Assembly (NCBI GenBank): GCA_963718525.1
Contig: OY970355.1
Span: 288,001-352,000 of the forward strand
Direction: 5' to 3'
DNA from: Candidatus Dormiibacterota bacterium
GTDB lineage: Bacteria > Chloroflexota > Dormibacteria > Aeolococcales > Aeolococcaceae
DNA: 64,000 bases
Part shown: piece after piece, positions 30,181 through 40,080 of the stretch
Position numbering within the stretch: the first letter of the stretch is position 1
How the letters are laid out: every line of letters starts with the position of its first letter
Translations under genes and position numbers: made by a program
Notes under the pieces: generated by a model
Databases searched by the model: none
Told to the model about the DNA's origin: nothing
The model's input: the letters and a program-made list of their open reading frames with translations, nothing else

Positions 30181-31878
30181 ATGAGCCAAGTGCAGTCCCA
30201 CCACGGGGATGACGCGCCGGGTCCTGATGACCCCGGCCTGAAGATCACGCTGCTCCAGCACGAGCTCGACGAGGCTCAGGTGCAGAACATTCGGCTGCGC
30301 CAGTCGTTGCACGAGCCGCCCTACTCGCAACTTCGTACGGTCATTCGCCAGTACCCGAAGCTCTCGAAGCCGGTGATCAAGGCGCTGAATGTCGTCACGG
30401 GAACGGGGCGAGTCAACTTCCACCGCAGGGCGCTGTCGCGACTGCGCTTACCGGGCGACCTGCGCGAGATGGAAGCCTCGGGCCTCTTCGATGCAACGTG
30501 GTACAGGGACAACTACCCGGATGTCGCCCCTTCAGGTCTCGAACCGCTCCGGCACTACGCGCTCATCGGCGCCGCACAGGGATGGGATCCGGGGCCGCGT
30601 TTCTCCACGGACTTCTATCTCGATAACAACGCCGACGTCGCACGCGGCACCAATGCGCTGCTGCATTACCTGCGCCACGGCCGGGCGCGGGGCAGCGCGA
30701 TCGCTCCATCGACTGTGCAACGCCAGTGGCTCGCGGTCACGCTGGACGCGCGCTTCGCGCATCTCCGTCCCCTGCCCGTCTATGCGAGCCCCTCCGCGCC
30801 GCCGCGGGTATCCATGGTCACCGACAGGATTGACAGTGACGGCTCCGGGGAAGGCGCCGCGGCATTGATCTTTGCGACGCTGCTGGCCCGGCGGATGAAC
30901 CGGCCGTTGCGCATCATCACCCGCCGCGTGCCACCGGTTCCGGCGACCTATCGAGCGATGCTCGAGGTGAATGGGATTCCCTTGCAAGGGGATGTCGACT
31001 TTGTGTTCTCCGCACAGGACGCATCGGACGCACGCCTCGTCGATGTTGCCGCGGGTGATCTCTTCATCGCCACGTCGTGGTGGACAGCGTGGGCAACCCG
31101 CGCATCTGTCGATCCCCGCACCATCGTGCACCTCGTGCAGGAGGACGAGCGACGCTGCTACCCGGAGGGCGACGATTCGATTCGCTGCGCGGAGATCCTC
31201 GACGATTCGCGCATCAGGTCCGTCGTCAGCTCGAAGGCCCTCTTCGATCACCTCTTCAGCGGGGCGAACGCGCACCAGCGAACGGCGGCCTGGTTCGAGC
31301 CGGCGTTCCCCGCAGTGCACACAGCGCGCGAGCTGTCCGTGCAGGGCAAGCGCAATTTCATGTTCGATGCGCGTCCCGATAATCCGCGCAGCCTCTACTA
31401 CCGAGGGCTCGAGGCGATTTCCGGCGCCATGGAATCCGGCCACCTCGACCCCGCGGCCTGGGACCTCTTCTTCGTCGGCACCGATCTGCGGCCGGTCGCG
31501 CTGTCCGGAACGGTGCGCCCCACGCTCATCCGGAACCCGTGCGTACGTGAGTATCAGCAGCTGCTGCAACGCATGGACCTCGGGCTGTCGCTGACGGTGT
31601 CAGCACACCCCAGCTACGCCGCGCTGGAGCTGGGCGCGGTCGGGGCGGTCGTGGTCACGAACACATTTGGCCGTCAGAAACGATCCCTTGACCACTACTC
31701 GAGAAACATCCTCTGCCGCGATCTCGACGTGCCCAGCCTGGTCGCCGGGATCGGCGCCGGCGTGGCTCTCGCTGCGGACGTTGATCGACGGACGGCGAAC
31801 CATCAGAAAAGCGCGTTCCCGACCGACTGGAACGTGGTCTTCACCCCGATCTGCGACCAGATCGCCGGCGCGGTTTGA
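30181..31878 (+). CDS. WsaF-like rhamnosyl/glycosyltransferase with N-terminal FDxxWY repeat
   Basis: FDATWYRDNYPDV repeat, ATSWWTA, LVQEDE, ARP..PR, HPSYAALE. Confidence 0.75.
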   Translation: MSQVQSHHGDDAPGPDDPGLKITLLQHELDEAQVQNIRLRQSLHEPPYSQLRTVIRQYPKLSKPVIKALNVVTGTGRVNFHRRALSRLRLPGDLREMEASGLFDATWYRDNYPDVAPSGLEPLRHYALIGAAQGWDPGPRFSTDFYLDNNADVARGTNALLHYLRHGRARGSAIAPSTVQRQWLAVTLDARFAHLRPLPVYASPSAPPRVSMVTDRIDSDGSGEGAAALIFATLLARRMNRPLRIITRRVPPVPATYRAMLEVNGIPLQGDVDFVFSAQDASDARLVDVAAGDLFIATSWWTAWATRASVDPRTIVHLVQEDERRCYPEGDDSIRCAEILDDSRIRSVVSSKALFDHLFSGANAHQRTAAWFEPAFPAVHTARELSVQGKRNFMFDARPDNPRSLYYRGLEAISGAMESGHLDPAAWDLFFVGTDLRPVALSGTVRPTLIRNPCVREYQQLLQRMDLGLSLTVSAHPSYAALELGAVGAVVVTNTFGRQKRSLDHYSRNILCRDLDVPSLVAGIGAGVALAADVDRRTANHQKSAFPTDWNVVFTPICDQIAGAV

Positions 31879-33063
31879 GGATCCGGCGGCCAGGGGTGGG
31901 CGTCAAGCCCGCTCCGCAGGAGTTCCCGGATCCGTGGGCGCCGAGCCTCGAGGAGCGCGTCCGCAGAGTCAGCGAACAGGGCCCCCACCGAGTTCGTCTA
32001 TCTCTACGAGGTGCCGGACACGAGCACGTTTCGATACCGCGTGTTCAACATGGTCGAGGCACTCGGTCTTGTCGAAGGGATTGCGGCGACCTGGTTCACC
32101 GGTGGCGAGCTGCCGATACTCGAGCGGCTGATCGGAAATGTGAACACACTGATCATCTGCCGGACGCGCTACACCGCGCGGCTCGACCTGTTGGTGACGC
32201 GAGCACGTGCCGCGGGCTGCCAAGTCCTGTTCGACGTTGACGACCTGATCTTCGATAGCCGCTACGTCAGCCTGGTCCTCGAGACACTCGATCAGCGTCA
32301 GGGTGAGGCCATGCTCGATACGTGGTTCGCCAGCATGTCGCGCATCGGGGCGATGCTGCGCCTCTGCGAGGGAGCCATCTCCACGAATCGTTTCCTCTCA
32401 GAGCGCATCGAAGATTTTGCACAGCTCCCCACGTGGGTCGTACCCAACTTTCTCAACAACCCGCAGCTGCAACGATCGTCGGACATCCGGCAGGCACGGC
32501 GCGCCCCAGAGCCATCGGAGCGCGTCCAGACCATCGGCTATTTCAGCGGCTCGCCGACCCACAACCGCGATTTCGAGATCGTCTCGACCGCGCTGGCGAG
32601 AGTCATGAGCCGCCACGCTGATCTCCGCCTGCTGATCGTCGGATACCTCGACGTCGGGCCCACGCTGCGCGCCTTCGATGACCGCGTCGAGATCCTCCCG
32701 CTCACGGACTTCCTCACGCTGCAGTCGCTCATCGGCACCACCGGGCTCAACATCGTTCCCCTGCAGACCAACGCGTTCAGCAACTCGAAATCCGAGCTGA
32801 AATATTTCGAGGCGGCCATCGTGAACACCCCGACGCTCGCGACCCCGACCTACAGCTTTCAACTCGCCATCGAAGACGCCGTCAACGGCTATCTCGTCGA
32901 TGCGTACGACTGGGAGGCGCGCCTGGAACAGGCCGTTCGTGGCGAGCTCGACCTCGCCGGCGTCGCCGAGCGCGGTCTGGAGCATGTGCTCCGCTGGTAC
33001 ACGCCGGCTGCGCAGGTCGGTGCGATCCGCGAAGCAGTGCTCGGAACTCGAGTGCAAAGTTAG
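31875..33063 (+). CDS. glycosyltransferase, GT4-like (frameshift at ~31993)
   Basis: STFRYRVFNM, FDVDDL, IGYFSGSPTH, KSELKYFEA; the N-terminal 31875 frame joins if one base is removed. Confidence 0.82.
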
Positions 33064-33072
33064 ACTGCGGTC

Positions 33073-33430
33073 ATGACTTCTCATCTGGCAGTGCATCGTC
33101 ATCGACTGCACCGACCCAATGCTGGTCGCGTCCTTCTGGAGCGAGGCGCTCGGCCTCGAGCTGCATGGACCGGACGAGGGCGAGTGGTGGATCGAGCCCG
33201 GCGACGGAAGTCCCGACATCCTCTTCCTGCACGTCCCGGAGGGAAAGTCCGTCAAGGACCGCATCCACCTCGACCTGCGTCCGGACGACCAGGCCGCCGA
33301 GGTCGAGCGTCTGATCTCCCTCGGCGCTCGCCGGATCGACATCGGCCAGGGCGACGTGAGCTGGGTGGTGATGGCCGATCCGGAGGCCAACGAGTTCTGC
33401 GTCCTAGCGCCGAGGCCGGAAAATAAATAA
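33073..33430 (+). CDS. VOC/glyoxalase family protein (frameshift at ~33078)
   Basis: Corrected start MTLIWQCIVIDC; FWSEALG, K..KDRIHLDL, WVVMADPEANEFCV. Confidence 0.88.
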
Positions 33431-33586
33431 CTGATCCGGGTGGCGGAGCGGGGGGAAGCGCCGATCTGCTGACCGGCGCCGCGCAAGACGTTCCCAGAAA
33501 GCTGAGTGATGGGGAGTCAGACCGGGCAGCTGAGCGGCGAGGGGTCCCCGCGCCGACAGGCCCTGGATCAGTTATTTATTTTCCGG
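33416..33586. repeat. 171-bp element bounded by a perfect 22-bp inverted repeat (structured ncRNA or MITE candidate)
   Basis: CCGGAAAATAAATAACTGATCC (33416-33437) and its exact reverse complement (33565-33586); the interior also pairs end to end. Confidence 0.8.
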
Positions 33587-33591
33587 AAGGA

Positions 33592-33618
33592 GGGGCCGAG
33601 TCGAGGTAACCCGGCCCC
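33592..33618 (-). terminator. GC-rich hairpin downstream of glnA, possible terminator
   Basis: GGGGCCGGGT-tacctcg-ACTCGGCCCC on the minus strand; no clear U-tract. Confidence 0.4.
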
Positions 33619-33661
33619 CCTGTCCAGGAAGGAGTGTGCAGACGCAGTTCCTGAGCTGGGC

Positions 33662-35152
33662 TCAGGCGTCGTAGTACAGGGCGAACTCGTAGGGGTGCGG
33701 CCGCAGCGCAACCGGATCCACTTCGTTTTCGCGCTTGTACGAGATGTACATGTCGATCAGGTCCTGGGTGAACACGCCACCCTCGGTAAGGAAGTCGTTG
33801 TCGACCTCGAGCGCGTTCAGCACTTCGGTGAGCGAGCCGGGGAGGTCCTTGACCATCGCCTTCTCTTCGCCCTCGAGCTCGTAGAGGTCGGCTTCGATCG
33901 GCTTCGGGGGCTCGATCCGGCGCTTGACCCCGTCCAGGCCGGCCATGAGACAGGCCGCGAACGAGAGGTACGGGTTGCACATCGGGTCGGGCGAGCGGAA
34001 CTCGAGACGGCGCGCGGCCGGAGCCGGGCTGTAGGTTGGGATGCGCACGCAGGCGCTCCGGTTGCGGGCGCTGTACGCGAGCTTGATCGGCGCCTCGTAC
34101 CCGGGCACGAGCCTGCGATAGCTATTGGTGGTGGGAGCGGCAAAGGCGAGGATCGCCGGCGCGTGTGCGAGCAAGCCGCCGATGTACCAGCGCGCGGTGT
34201 CACTGAGCAGCGCGTAGCCATCCTTGTCGTAGAAGAGCGGCACTCCGTCCTTCCACAGTGACTGATGGGTGTGCATACCGCTGCCGTTGTCACCGAAGAG
34301 CGGCTTGGGCATGAACGTTGCCGTGTAGCCGTTCTGGTAGCAGACGTTCTTGACGATGTGCTTGTAGATGAGGACCTTGTCGGCCATCTTCACGAGCGAG
34401 TCGAAACGCATGTCGATCTCGGTCTGCCCCGCGGTGCCGACCTCGTGGTGATGGACCTCGATCGCGACACCGGCATCGATCAACGCGAGCACGATCTTGC
34501 TGCGCAAATCCTGGAGCTTGTCGACCGGCGGCGTCGGGAAGTAGCCCTGCTTCAGCCTCGGGCGGAAGCCCAGGTTGGCGGTGCCGTTCTTACCCGTGTT
34601 CCAGATTCCCTCGTCGGAATCGATGTGGTAGTAGCCCTCATGCGTGTTCTGGTCGTAGCGCACGGAGTTGAAGATGTAGAACTCGCACTCGGGTCCCCAG
34701 TACGACGTGTCCGCGATGCCGGTGCTGAGCAGGTACTCCTCGGCCTTGCGCGCGACGTAGCGGGGATCCCTGCTGTAGCTGGCAAGCGTCAGCGGGTCCT
34801 TGATGTCGCAGATGATCGCGAGAGTCGGAATCTCCAGGGTGCCGTCGACGAAGGTGCGGTCCGGGTCGGGGAACAGGAGCATGTCGCTCTCGTAGATCTT
34901 CTGGAAGCCGCGGATGCTCGACCCGTCGAAGCCGATGCCCTCGGAGAAGAGCGTCTCGGTCATCTCGCCGACCGGGATGCTGAAGTGCTGCCAGCTGCCG
35001 AGGAGATCCGTGAATCGGAGATCCACGATCTTGATACCAACGTCCTTCGCGTTGCGGATGACGTCCTTCGGCTTGGTCTCGGGCGTGCTTGTCGGAGACA
35101 TCATCGGTGTTCCCTCTAGTACCCGCACGTCTAGCGACTGATCGATGGCCAT
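33662..35152 (-). CDS. glnA: glutamine synthetase type I (GSI-beta)
   Basis: FDGSSIRGF, HHEVGTAGQ, GSGMHTH, PGYEAP, NRSACVRIP, adenylylation loop DLYEL; alternative start at 35104. Confidence 0.96.
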   Translation of the reverse strand: MAIDQSLDVRVLEGTPMMSPTSTPETKPKDVIRNAKDVGIKIVDLRFTDLLGSWQHFSIPVGEMTETLFSEGIGFDGSSIRGFQKIYESDMLLFPDPDRTFVDGTLEIPTLAIICDIKDPLTLASYSRDPRYVARKAEEYLLSTGIADTSYWGPECEFYIFNSVRYDQNTHEGYYHIDSDEGIWNTGKNGTANLGFRPRLKQGYFPTPPVDKLQDLRSKIVLALIDAGVAIEVHHHEVGTAGQTEIDMRFDSLVKMADKVLIYKHIVKNVCYQNGYTATFMPKPLFGDNGSGMHTHQSLWKDGVPLFYDKDGYALLSDTARWYIGGLLAHAPAILAFAAPTTNSYRRLVPGYEAPIKLAYSARNRSACVRIPTYSPAPAARRLEFRSPDPMCNPYLSFAACLMAGLDGVKRRIEPPKPIEADLYELEGEEKAMVKDLPGSLTEVLNALEVDNDFLTEGGVFTQDLIDMYISYKRENEVDPVALRPHPYEFALYYDA

Positions 35153-35325
35153 AGGACTCCTTCCGCGACGGGTTGCCTACGTCGCCGCAGCCACTGAGTG
35201 GACCCCTCAGTCGCCGCGGCACTCTCTGCCTTGCAGACTAGGGCTCCGGCGAGCTCGAGACTATGGTCTCCCAGACCGATGGTTGGAGGGGGTGGCTTGT
35301 GCGCGACGCACAAACCGAACCCGGG

Positions 35326-35619
35326 TCAGGTCGCGACCGCTGGTTTGACCTCGGCGAGCTGCGACCGTGCGAGCGCCTTGTCCTTGAAGTAGATCTTGTT
35401 GATATCCACAAATTGGACCTGCGTCTCCGGGACGTCCTCTTCGGCATAGATGGCGTCGACCGGGCAGGGGTCGACGCAGGCACCGCAGTCGATGCACTCG
35501 TCGGGGTCGATGTAGACCATCCGATCCTCGGGGGCCTCGTGGATGCAGTCCACCGGACACACCTCGATGCAGGATTTGTCCTTCAGGTCGACGCAGGTCT
35601 CGGTGACGATGTAGGTCAT
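35326..35619 (-). CDS. dicluster ferredoxin (FdxA/FdxC type)
   Basis: C.DLKDKSCIEVCPVDCI and CIDCGACVDPCPVDAI. Confidence 0.93.
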   Translation of the reverse strand: MTYIVTETCVDLKDKSCIEVCPVDCIHEAPEDRMVYIDPDECIDCGACVDPCPVDAIYAEEDVPETQVQFVDINKIYFKDKALARSQLAEVKPAVAT

Positions 35620-35744
35620 GGCTTGTCCTCGAGTCTAGCAAGGGCTGCTCACCACGCTCGAGGTAACCAGCCCGCGTACCTGGTTACGTGGCGCTGCTCA
35701 AGGCAGTCTGGGGACGACCGTCCAGCGTCCAGGGAGAATCCACG

Positions 35745-36863
35745 GTGAGGGGAAGTCACCTCCTCGGATGCCTCGCGATGGTCGCCATCCCGATCGCCGG
35801 GCTCACGCTCGCTCAGGGCGCCGTCTCGGCATCGGGCCCGCTCATCGCCAACCTGACGCATGTCACGACGCTGGGGTCGACGGTTCCTCACAACGGGGGC
35901 GTGAATCCATACGGCATGGCGGTGGTCGAGCAGAACTGGGGCCGGCTGGTCGCGGGCGACGTGCTCGTGAGCAACTTCAACGCCTCGTCGAACCTCCAGG
36001 GCACCGGGACGACCATCGTGCAGATGACACCGCACGGCGGGCGATCGGTGTTCGCCCACATCACGTCCGGTGACGAGCGTGGCATCTGCACCGGCGGCGT
36101 GGGGCTGACCACCGCGCTCGCGATCCTGGGCCACCAGTGGGTCATCGTGGGATCGCTGCCGACCGCCGACGGTACCTCCGCAACCGCGAAGGCCGGCTGC
36201 CTGATCATCCTCAACAGCGACGGCAAGGTCGTCGAGACGCTGAACAACGCCTATGGGATCAATGGCCCCTGGGATCTCACCGCCGTCGATCGCGGTGCTG
36301 ACTCGGATGTCTTCGTGACCAATGTGCTCAACGGCACCGTGGCGGCAGGTGGCGCCGTGGTCAACCGTGGCACGGTGGTTCGTCTCGTGCTCCACACGGC
36401 TGGGAGTGCGGCCCCGTGGGTCGTCTCGAGCACGGTGGTCGCCTCGGGGTTCGCCGAGCGGACCGATCCCGCGGCTCTGGTGGTCGGACCGACCGGCGAT
36501 GCGGTCAACGCCGCTGGAACCCTCTTCGTCGCCGACACGGCCGACAACCGCCTCGCCGCCATTCCCGACGCATTCAGCAGGACGAGTTCGGCGCTCACGG
36601 GCGCCGACGTCACCAGCAACGGCTGGCTGAACGCCCCGCTCGGCATGGCGCTGGCGCCGAACGGCGACATCCTCACCGTCAATGCCGGGGATGGACGGAT
36701 CGTGGAAACGACGCCTGCCGGTGCGCAGGTGGCGTTCCAGTACCTCGACATGAGCGGCTCACCGCCAGGGAGCGGAGCCCTCTTCGGCCTTGTTGTCACT
36801 CCCAACGGCAGTGGTGTGTACTTCGTGGACGACGCGACCAACACGTTCGGGTTGCTCCATTAA
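35745..36863 (+). CDS. secreted NHL/beta-propeller repeat protein
   Basis: Signal peptide; NPYGMAV, GPWDLTA, GPTGDA and APLGMALAP blade-like repeats. Confidence 0.75.
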   Translation: MRGSHLLGCLAMVAIPIAGLTLAQGAVSASGPLIANLTHVTTLGSTVPHNGGVNPYGMAVVEQNWGRLVAGDVLVSNFNASSNLQGTGTTIVQMTPHGGRSVFAHITSGDERGICTGGVGLTTALAILGHQWVIVGSLPTADGTSATAKAGCLIILNSDGKVVETLNNAYGINGPWDLTAVDRGADSDVFVTNVLNGTVAAGGAVVNRGTVVRLVLHTAGSAAPWVVSSTVVASGFAERTDPAALVVGPTGDAVNAAGTLFVADTADNRLAAIPDAFSRTSSALTGADVTSNGWLNAPLGMALAPNGDILTVNAGDGRIVETTPAGAQVAFQYLDMSGSPPGSGALFGLVVTPNGSGVYFVDDATNTFGLLH

Positions 36864-36884
36864 GCCCGCGCCGACCAAGGGCGC

Positions 36885-38552
36885 TCAGCCACCCGGGACT
36901 CCCTCCGGCTCTGGCTGAGCGCCCCGCGCGGCGCCTGCCTGGAGCACGTCGCGGATGCGCAGGCACAGGTGCAGATTGAGCCGGGTCGCCGGGTCGTCGA
37001 GGCGAAGCCGGCCCACCTCTTCGATCCGGCGGAGGCGGTACAGCACGGTATTGCGATGCAGCTTCAGACGCTGCGCCGTCTCCGTAGGTGAGCCGTTGGC
37101 CTCGAAGTACGCGTCCAGGGTGGCCATCAGCTCCGCGCTGGACCGCTCGTCGTAGGCGACCAGGTCACCCACGGTGCCCCGGTAGTAGTCGCTGAGCTCC
37201 GGATGCTGCGCCATCGCAAACAGGAGGCGGTGCAGGCCCAGGTCGGCAAAGCTGGCCTGTCGGCCGGGGCCGAGCAGGCGGCGGCTCATCTCGAGCGCGT
37301 GCTCGGCCTCCCGAAACGACTGGCGCACCCCCGAAACACCCTCGTGGGTGCGGCCCAGTCCCAACGACGTCGTCGCATCGCCGGTCGCGCGAGCGCACTC
37401 GCCTCGCACCAACTCCGCGAAGCGGTACATCGCGTCGACGGCTCCGTCGGCCTCCGGCATGACCACGACGCAGATCGCGTCCTCGTGAGCGGCAACCACG
37501 GCCCGGACCTCGCGGCGCGCCACAACGTTCTGTGCGGCGCGGAGCGCCCGAGACTCCCACGATGCCGAGGAGACCGCACCGCGGAGCGCGATCACCGCCA
37601 CACGCTGGGAGAGGTCCGCACCGAGCCGGCGTGCGCGCTCGAGCGCGACCCGCTCCGAGGAGTACGACCCGGTGAGCAGCGACGAGATGAACTCGCCCTC
37701 CAGCTTGTCTCGGGTCTCGGTCACTGCCCGCTCGCGATCGAACTCGATTGCACACGCGGAGGCGGCGCGCGCAACCGCGAGTCGTGCGATCTGGTCGAGG
37801 CGCTGCTCCTCGCCGATGACGCAGACGAAGCCGCCGATCCCGTTGCGCATCGGGACCGGGCTCACCAGCGACGCGAGCCCATTGCGGCCGACGGTGAACT
37901 CCCGAACCGGCGGGTCGGCCCCGACCGATGCGATGGTCCCGCCCCACCGCCGCAGGGCGTCGGCCCCGGCCTCGACGTCCGCGAGGAGGGTCACATCGGT
38001 GATCGTGATGTGACGCACCTCGCCCCCCTCGTCGAGCCAGGCGGCCGGGAGTGCAGTCACGGCGGCGAGCCGCTCGATGATCTTGTCGGGGCCCGCGCCA
38101 CCCAGAGCGAGATCCATGAGGGACAGCTGCAGCTCCTGCGCGCGCTCGTGCAGGAGTGCCCGCTGGTCGAGGATGTAGCGCACGCACGTGTGATGGGCAT
38201 CAGTGGCATGGATACCGTCGGGCAGCCGGAGCAGCGGCATCATCAGGCGGTCGGCGGCGGCGATGCTCTCCACCGAGACATCGCCGACGACCGCCACGGC
38301 GACCCCGCCCTTCTCCGCGAAGCTGACCATGACCTGGGGCAGGTCGAGACGCTCGTCGAGCAAGCGGATGCTCTTGACCGGAACGAATGCGATCTCCCCG
38401 CCCTTCACAGCCTCGAAAGCGGGTGGACGCGTCCGGAGTGCGCACGCCCATTCAACCCGGCGTTCGAGGCCGCCCCCGCCGCCGAGCAGGTCGGTGCCGG
38501 GCGGCAGCACTCCCCGCCACACGTCCTTGACGGTGATCGTCGGCGAGGTCAC
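36885..38552 (-). CDS. PucR family transcriptional regulator
   Basis: N-terminal purine-catabolism-like domain (GLERRVEW, GGE); C-terminal TAQRLKLHRNTVLYRLRRIEE. Confidence 0.9.
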   Translation of the reverse strand: MTSPTITVKDVWRGVLPPGTDLLGGGGGLERRVEWACALRTRPPAFEAVKGGEIAFVPVKSIRLLDERLDLPQVMVSFAEKGGVAVAVVGDVSVESIAAADRLMMPLLRLPDGIHATDAHHTCVRYILDQRALLHERAQELQLSLMDLALGGAGPDKIIERLAAVTALPAAWLDEGGEVRHITITDVTLLADVEAGADALRRWGGTIASVGADPPVREFTVGRNGLASLVSPVPMRNGIGGFVCVIGEEQRLDQIARLAVARAASACAIEFDRERAVTETRDKLEGEFISSLLTGSYSSERVALERARRLGADLSQRVAVIALRGAVSSASWESRALRAAQNVVARREVRAVVAAHEDAICVVVMPEADGAVDAMYRFAELVRGECARATGDATTSLGLGRTHEGVSGVRQSFREAEHALEMSRRLLGPGRQASFADLGLHRLLFAMAQHPELSDYYRGTVGDLVAYDERSSAELMATLDAYFEANGSPTETAQRLKLHRNTVLYRLRRIEEVGRLRLDDPATRLNLHLCLRIRDVLQAGAARGAQPEPEGVPGG

Positions 38553-38568
38553 GGTGCGAGCATCCCGA

Positions 38569-39909
38569 TCAGCAGCGCTCGAGGTACTGGTCGAGCTCCC
38601 AGGGTGTGACCTGACCGCGGTAAGCCTGCCATTCGAGCCGTTTGGCGGCGATGAACCGCTCCGCGAGGTGGTCACCCAGGGCATCGATGACAACCTCGTC
38701 AGCCTCGAGAGCGTCGATGGCGTCCTTGAGGTTGTCCGGCAGCACGCCGACATTGCGCCGCTCGAGCTCGGTCTCGTCGAACCCGTAGAGGGACTCCTCC
38801 ACGGGTGGGGGCAGCGGCAGGCGGCGCTCGATACCATCGAGCCCGCAGCGGAGCATCACGGCGAACGCGAGGTAGGGGTTGCACGACGGATCCGGGCTGC
38901 GCAGCTCCACCCTCGTCGCCTCGGCGCGACCGACGTGCGGGACGCGAATCAGTGCCCCCCGGTTGGTCCGGGCCCAGGAGATGAAGATCGGCGCTTCGAA
39001 GCCGCGCACCAGGCGCTTGTAGGAGTTCACGAGCGGGGCGAGCACGGCAGTGATGCCCGCTGCGTGGTGAAGCTGACCGGCGATGAAGTGCTGGGCAACG
39101 TCGCTGAGCCCGTACGCGTCGTCGCCCGCGAAGGCATTCGCCGAGTTGCGGAGACGCACGAGGCTCTGATGCACGTGCATCCCGCTGCCGGGCTTGCCAT
39201 CGAACGGCTTCGGCATGAAGGTCGCGATCACGCCGGACTGACCGGCGACAGCTTTGAGCGCATAGCGAAAGGTGATCAGATCGTCCGCGGACTTGAGGGC
39301 CTGCGCGGCGTCGATGTCGATCTCGTGCTGGCCCCCCGCGATCTCATGATGTGAGGTGTTGACGGCGATCCCCATGCTCATCAACGCGCTCACCATGCGC
39401 TGGCGCAGATCCCGGTTGCCGTCGCTTGAGAAGTCGAAATAGGAGCTGCGATCGTTGCGGGTCGGCACGAGCGAACCGTCGGCGCCGCGCTCGAGGAGGA
39501 AGAACTCCACCTCCGGCCCGACGTGATACTCGAAGCCGAGCCGCTCGCCGTCCTCGACCGCGCGCCGAAGCACCCCACGCGGGTCGCCCTGGTATGGCTC
39601 CCCGTCCGGTGTGGTGGCCCAGCAGATCAGCCGGGCGGTGCGCTCGTCACCCCATGGGAGGAGCTGGAAGGTCGATGGATCCGGCACCAGGTACATGTCG
39701 GATTCGGCCGTACGAGCGAACGAATCCACGGAGGACCCGTCGAACCAGGTCCCATGCTCGATCGCCTCGCCGAGCTGCGAGGCGGGGATCGTGACCGTCT
39801 TCACCCCACCGACGACGTCGGTGAACTGAAGGTCGATGTGGCGTACCTGCGCTTCCTCAACCCTGGCGAGGAGGTCAGGGGGCGCTTCCCTTCGGATCGA
39901 CGATGCCAA
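38569..39909 (-). CDS. glutamine synthetase family protein (GSI-alpha/GlnA2-like, or gamma-glutamyl-amine ligase)
   Basis: FDGSSV, GPEVEFF, HHEIAGGQHE, GSGMHVH, NSYKRL, RVELRSPD; TTG start. Confidence 0.9.
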   Translation of the reverse strand: MASSIRREAPPDLLARVEEAQVRHIDLQFTDVVGGVKTVTIPASQLGEAIEHGTWFDGSSVDSFARTAESDMYLVPDPSTFQLLPWGDERTARLICWATTPDGEPYQGDPRGVLRRAVEDGERLGFEYHVGPEVEFFLLERGADGSLVPTRNDRSSYFDFSSDGNRDLRQRMVSALMSMGIAVNTSHHEIAGGQHEIDIDAAQALKSADDLITFRYALKAVAGQSGVIATFMPKPFDGKPGSGMHVHQSLVRLRNSANAFAGDDAYGLSDVAQHFIAGQLHHAAGITAVLAPLVNSYKRLVRGFEAPIFISWARTNRGALIRVPHVGRAEATRVELRSPDPSCNPYLAFAVMLRCGLDGIERRLPLPPPVEESLYGFDETELERRNVGVLPDNLKDAIDALEADEVVIDALGDHLAERFIAAKRLEWQAYRGQVTPWELDQYLERC

Positions 39910-40080
39910 ATGAGAGCCTCCAACTGGGCGGAGCGCACAAGCGCGGGCGGCTCAGCAGATACTAGCGCACCTTCGGGTTTGATCAGCCGTCAAGAACAGC
40001 GCCAAATCTAGTGCGCGGCGCACAGCGAATGTGGATTCGACCGGGTTTCGAGGGCGCGTCCCCCATCGCAGCACCCCGGC

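Noticed and set aside
33495-33512. Hammerhead ribozyme core (GAAAG-CTGAGTGA) within the inverted-repeat element
   Set aside because: The CUGANGA consensus and three-stem arrangement are not satisfied
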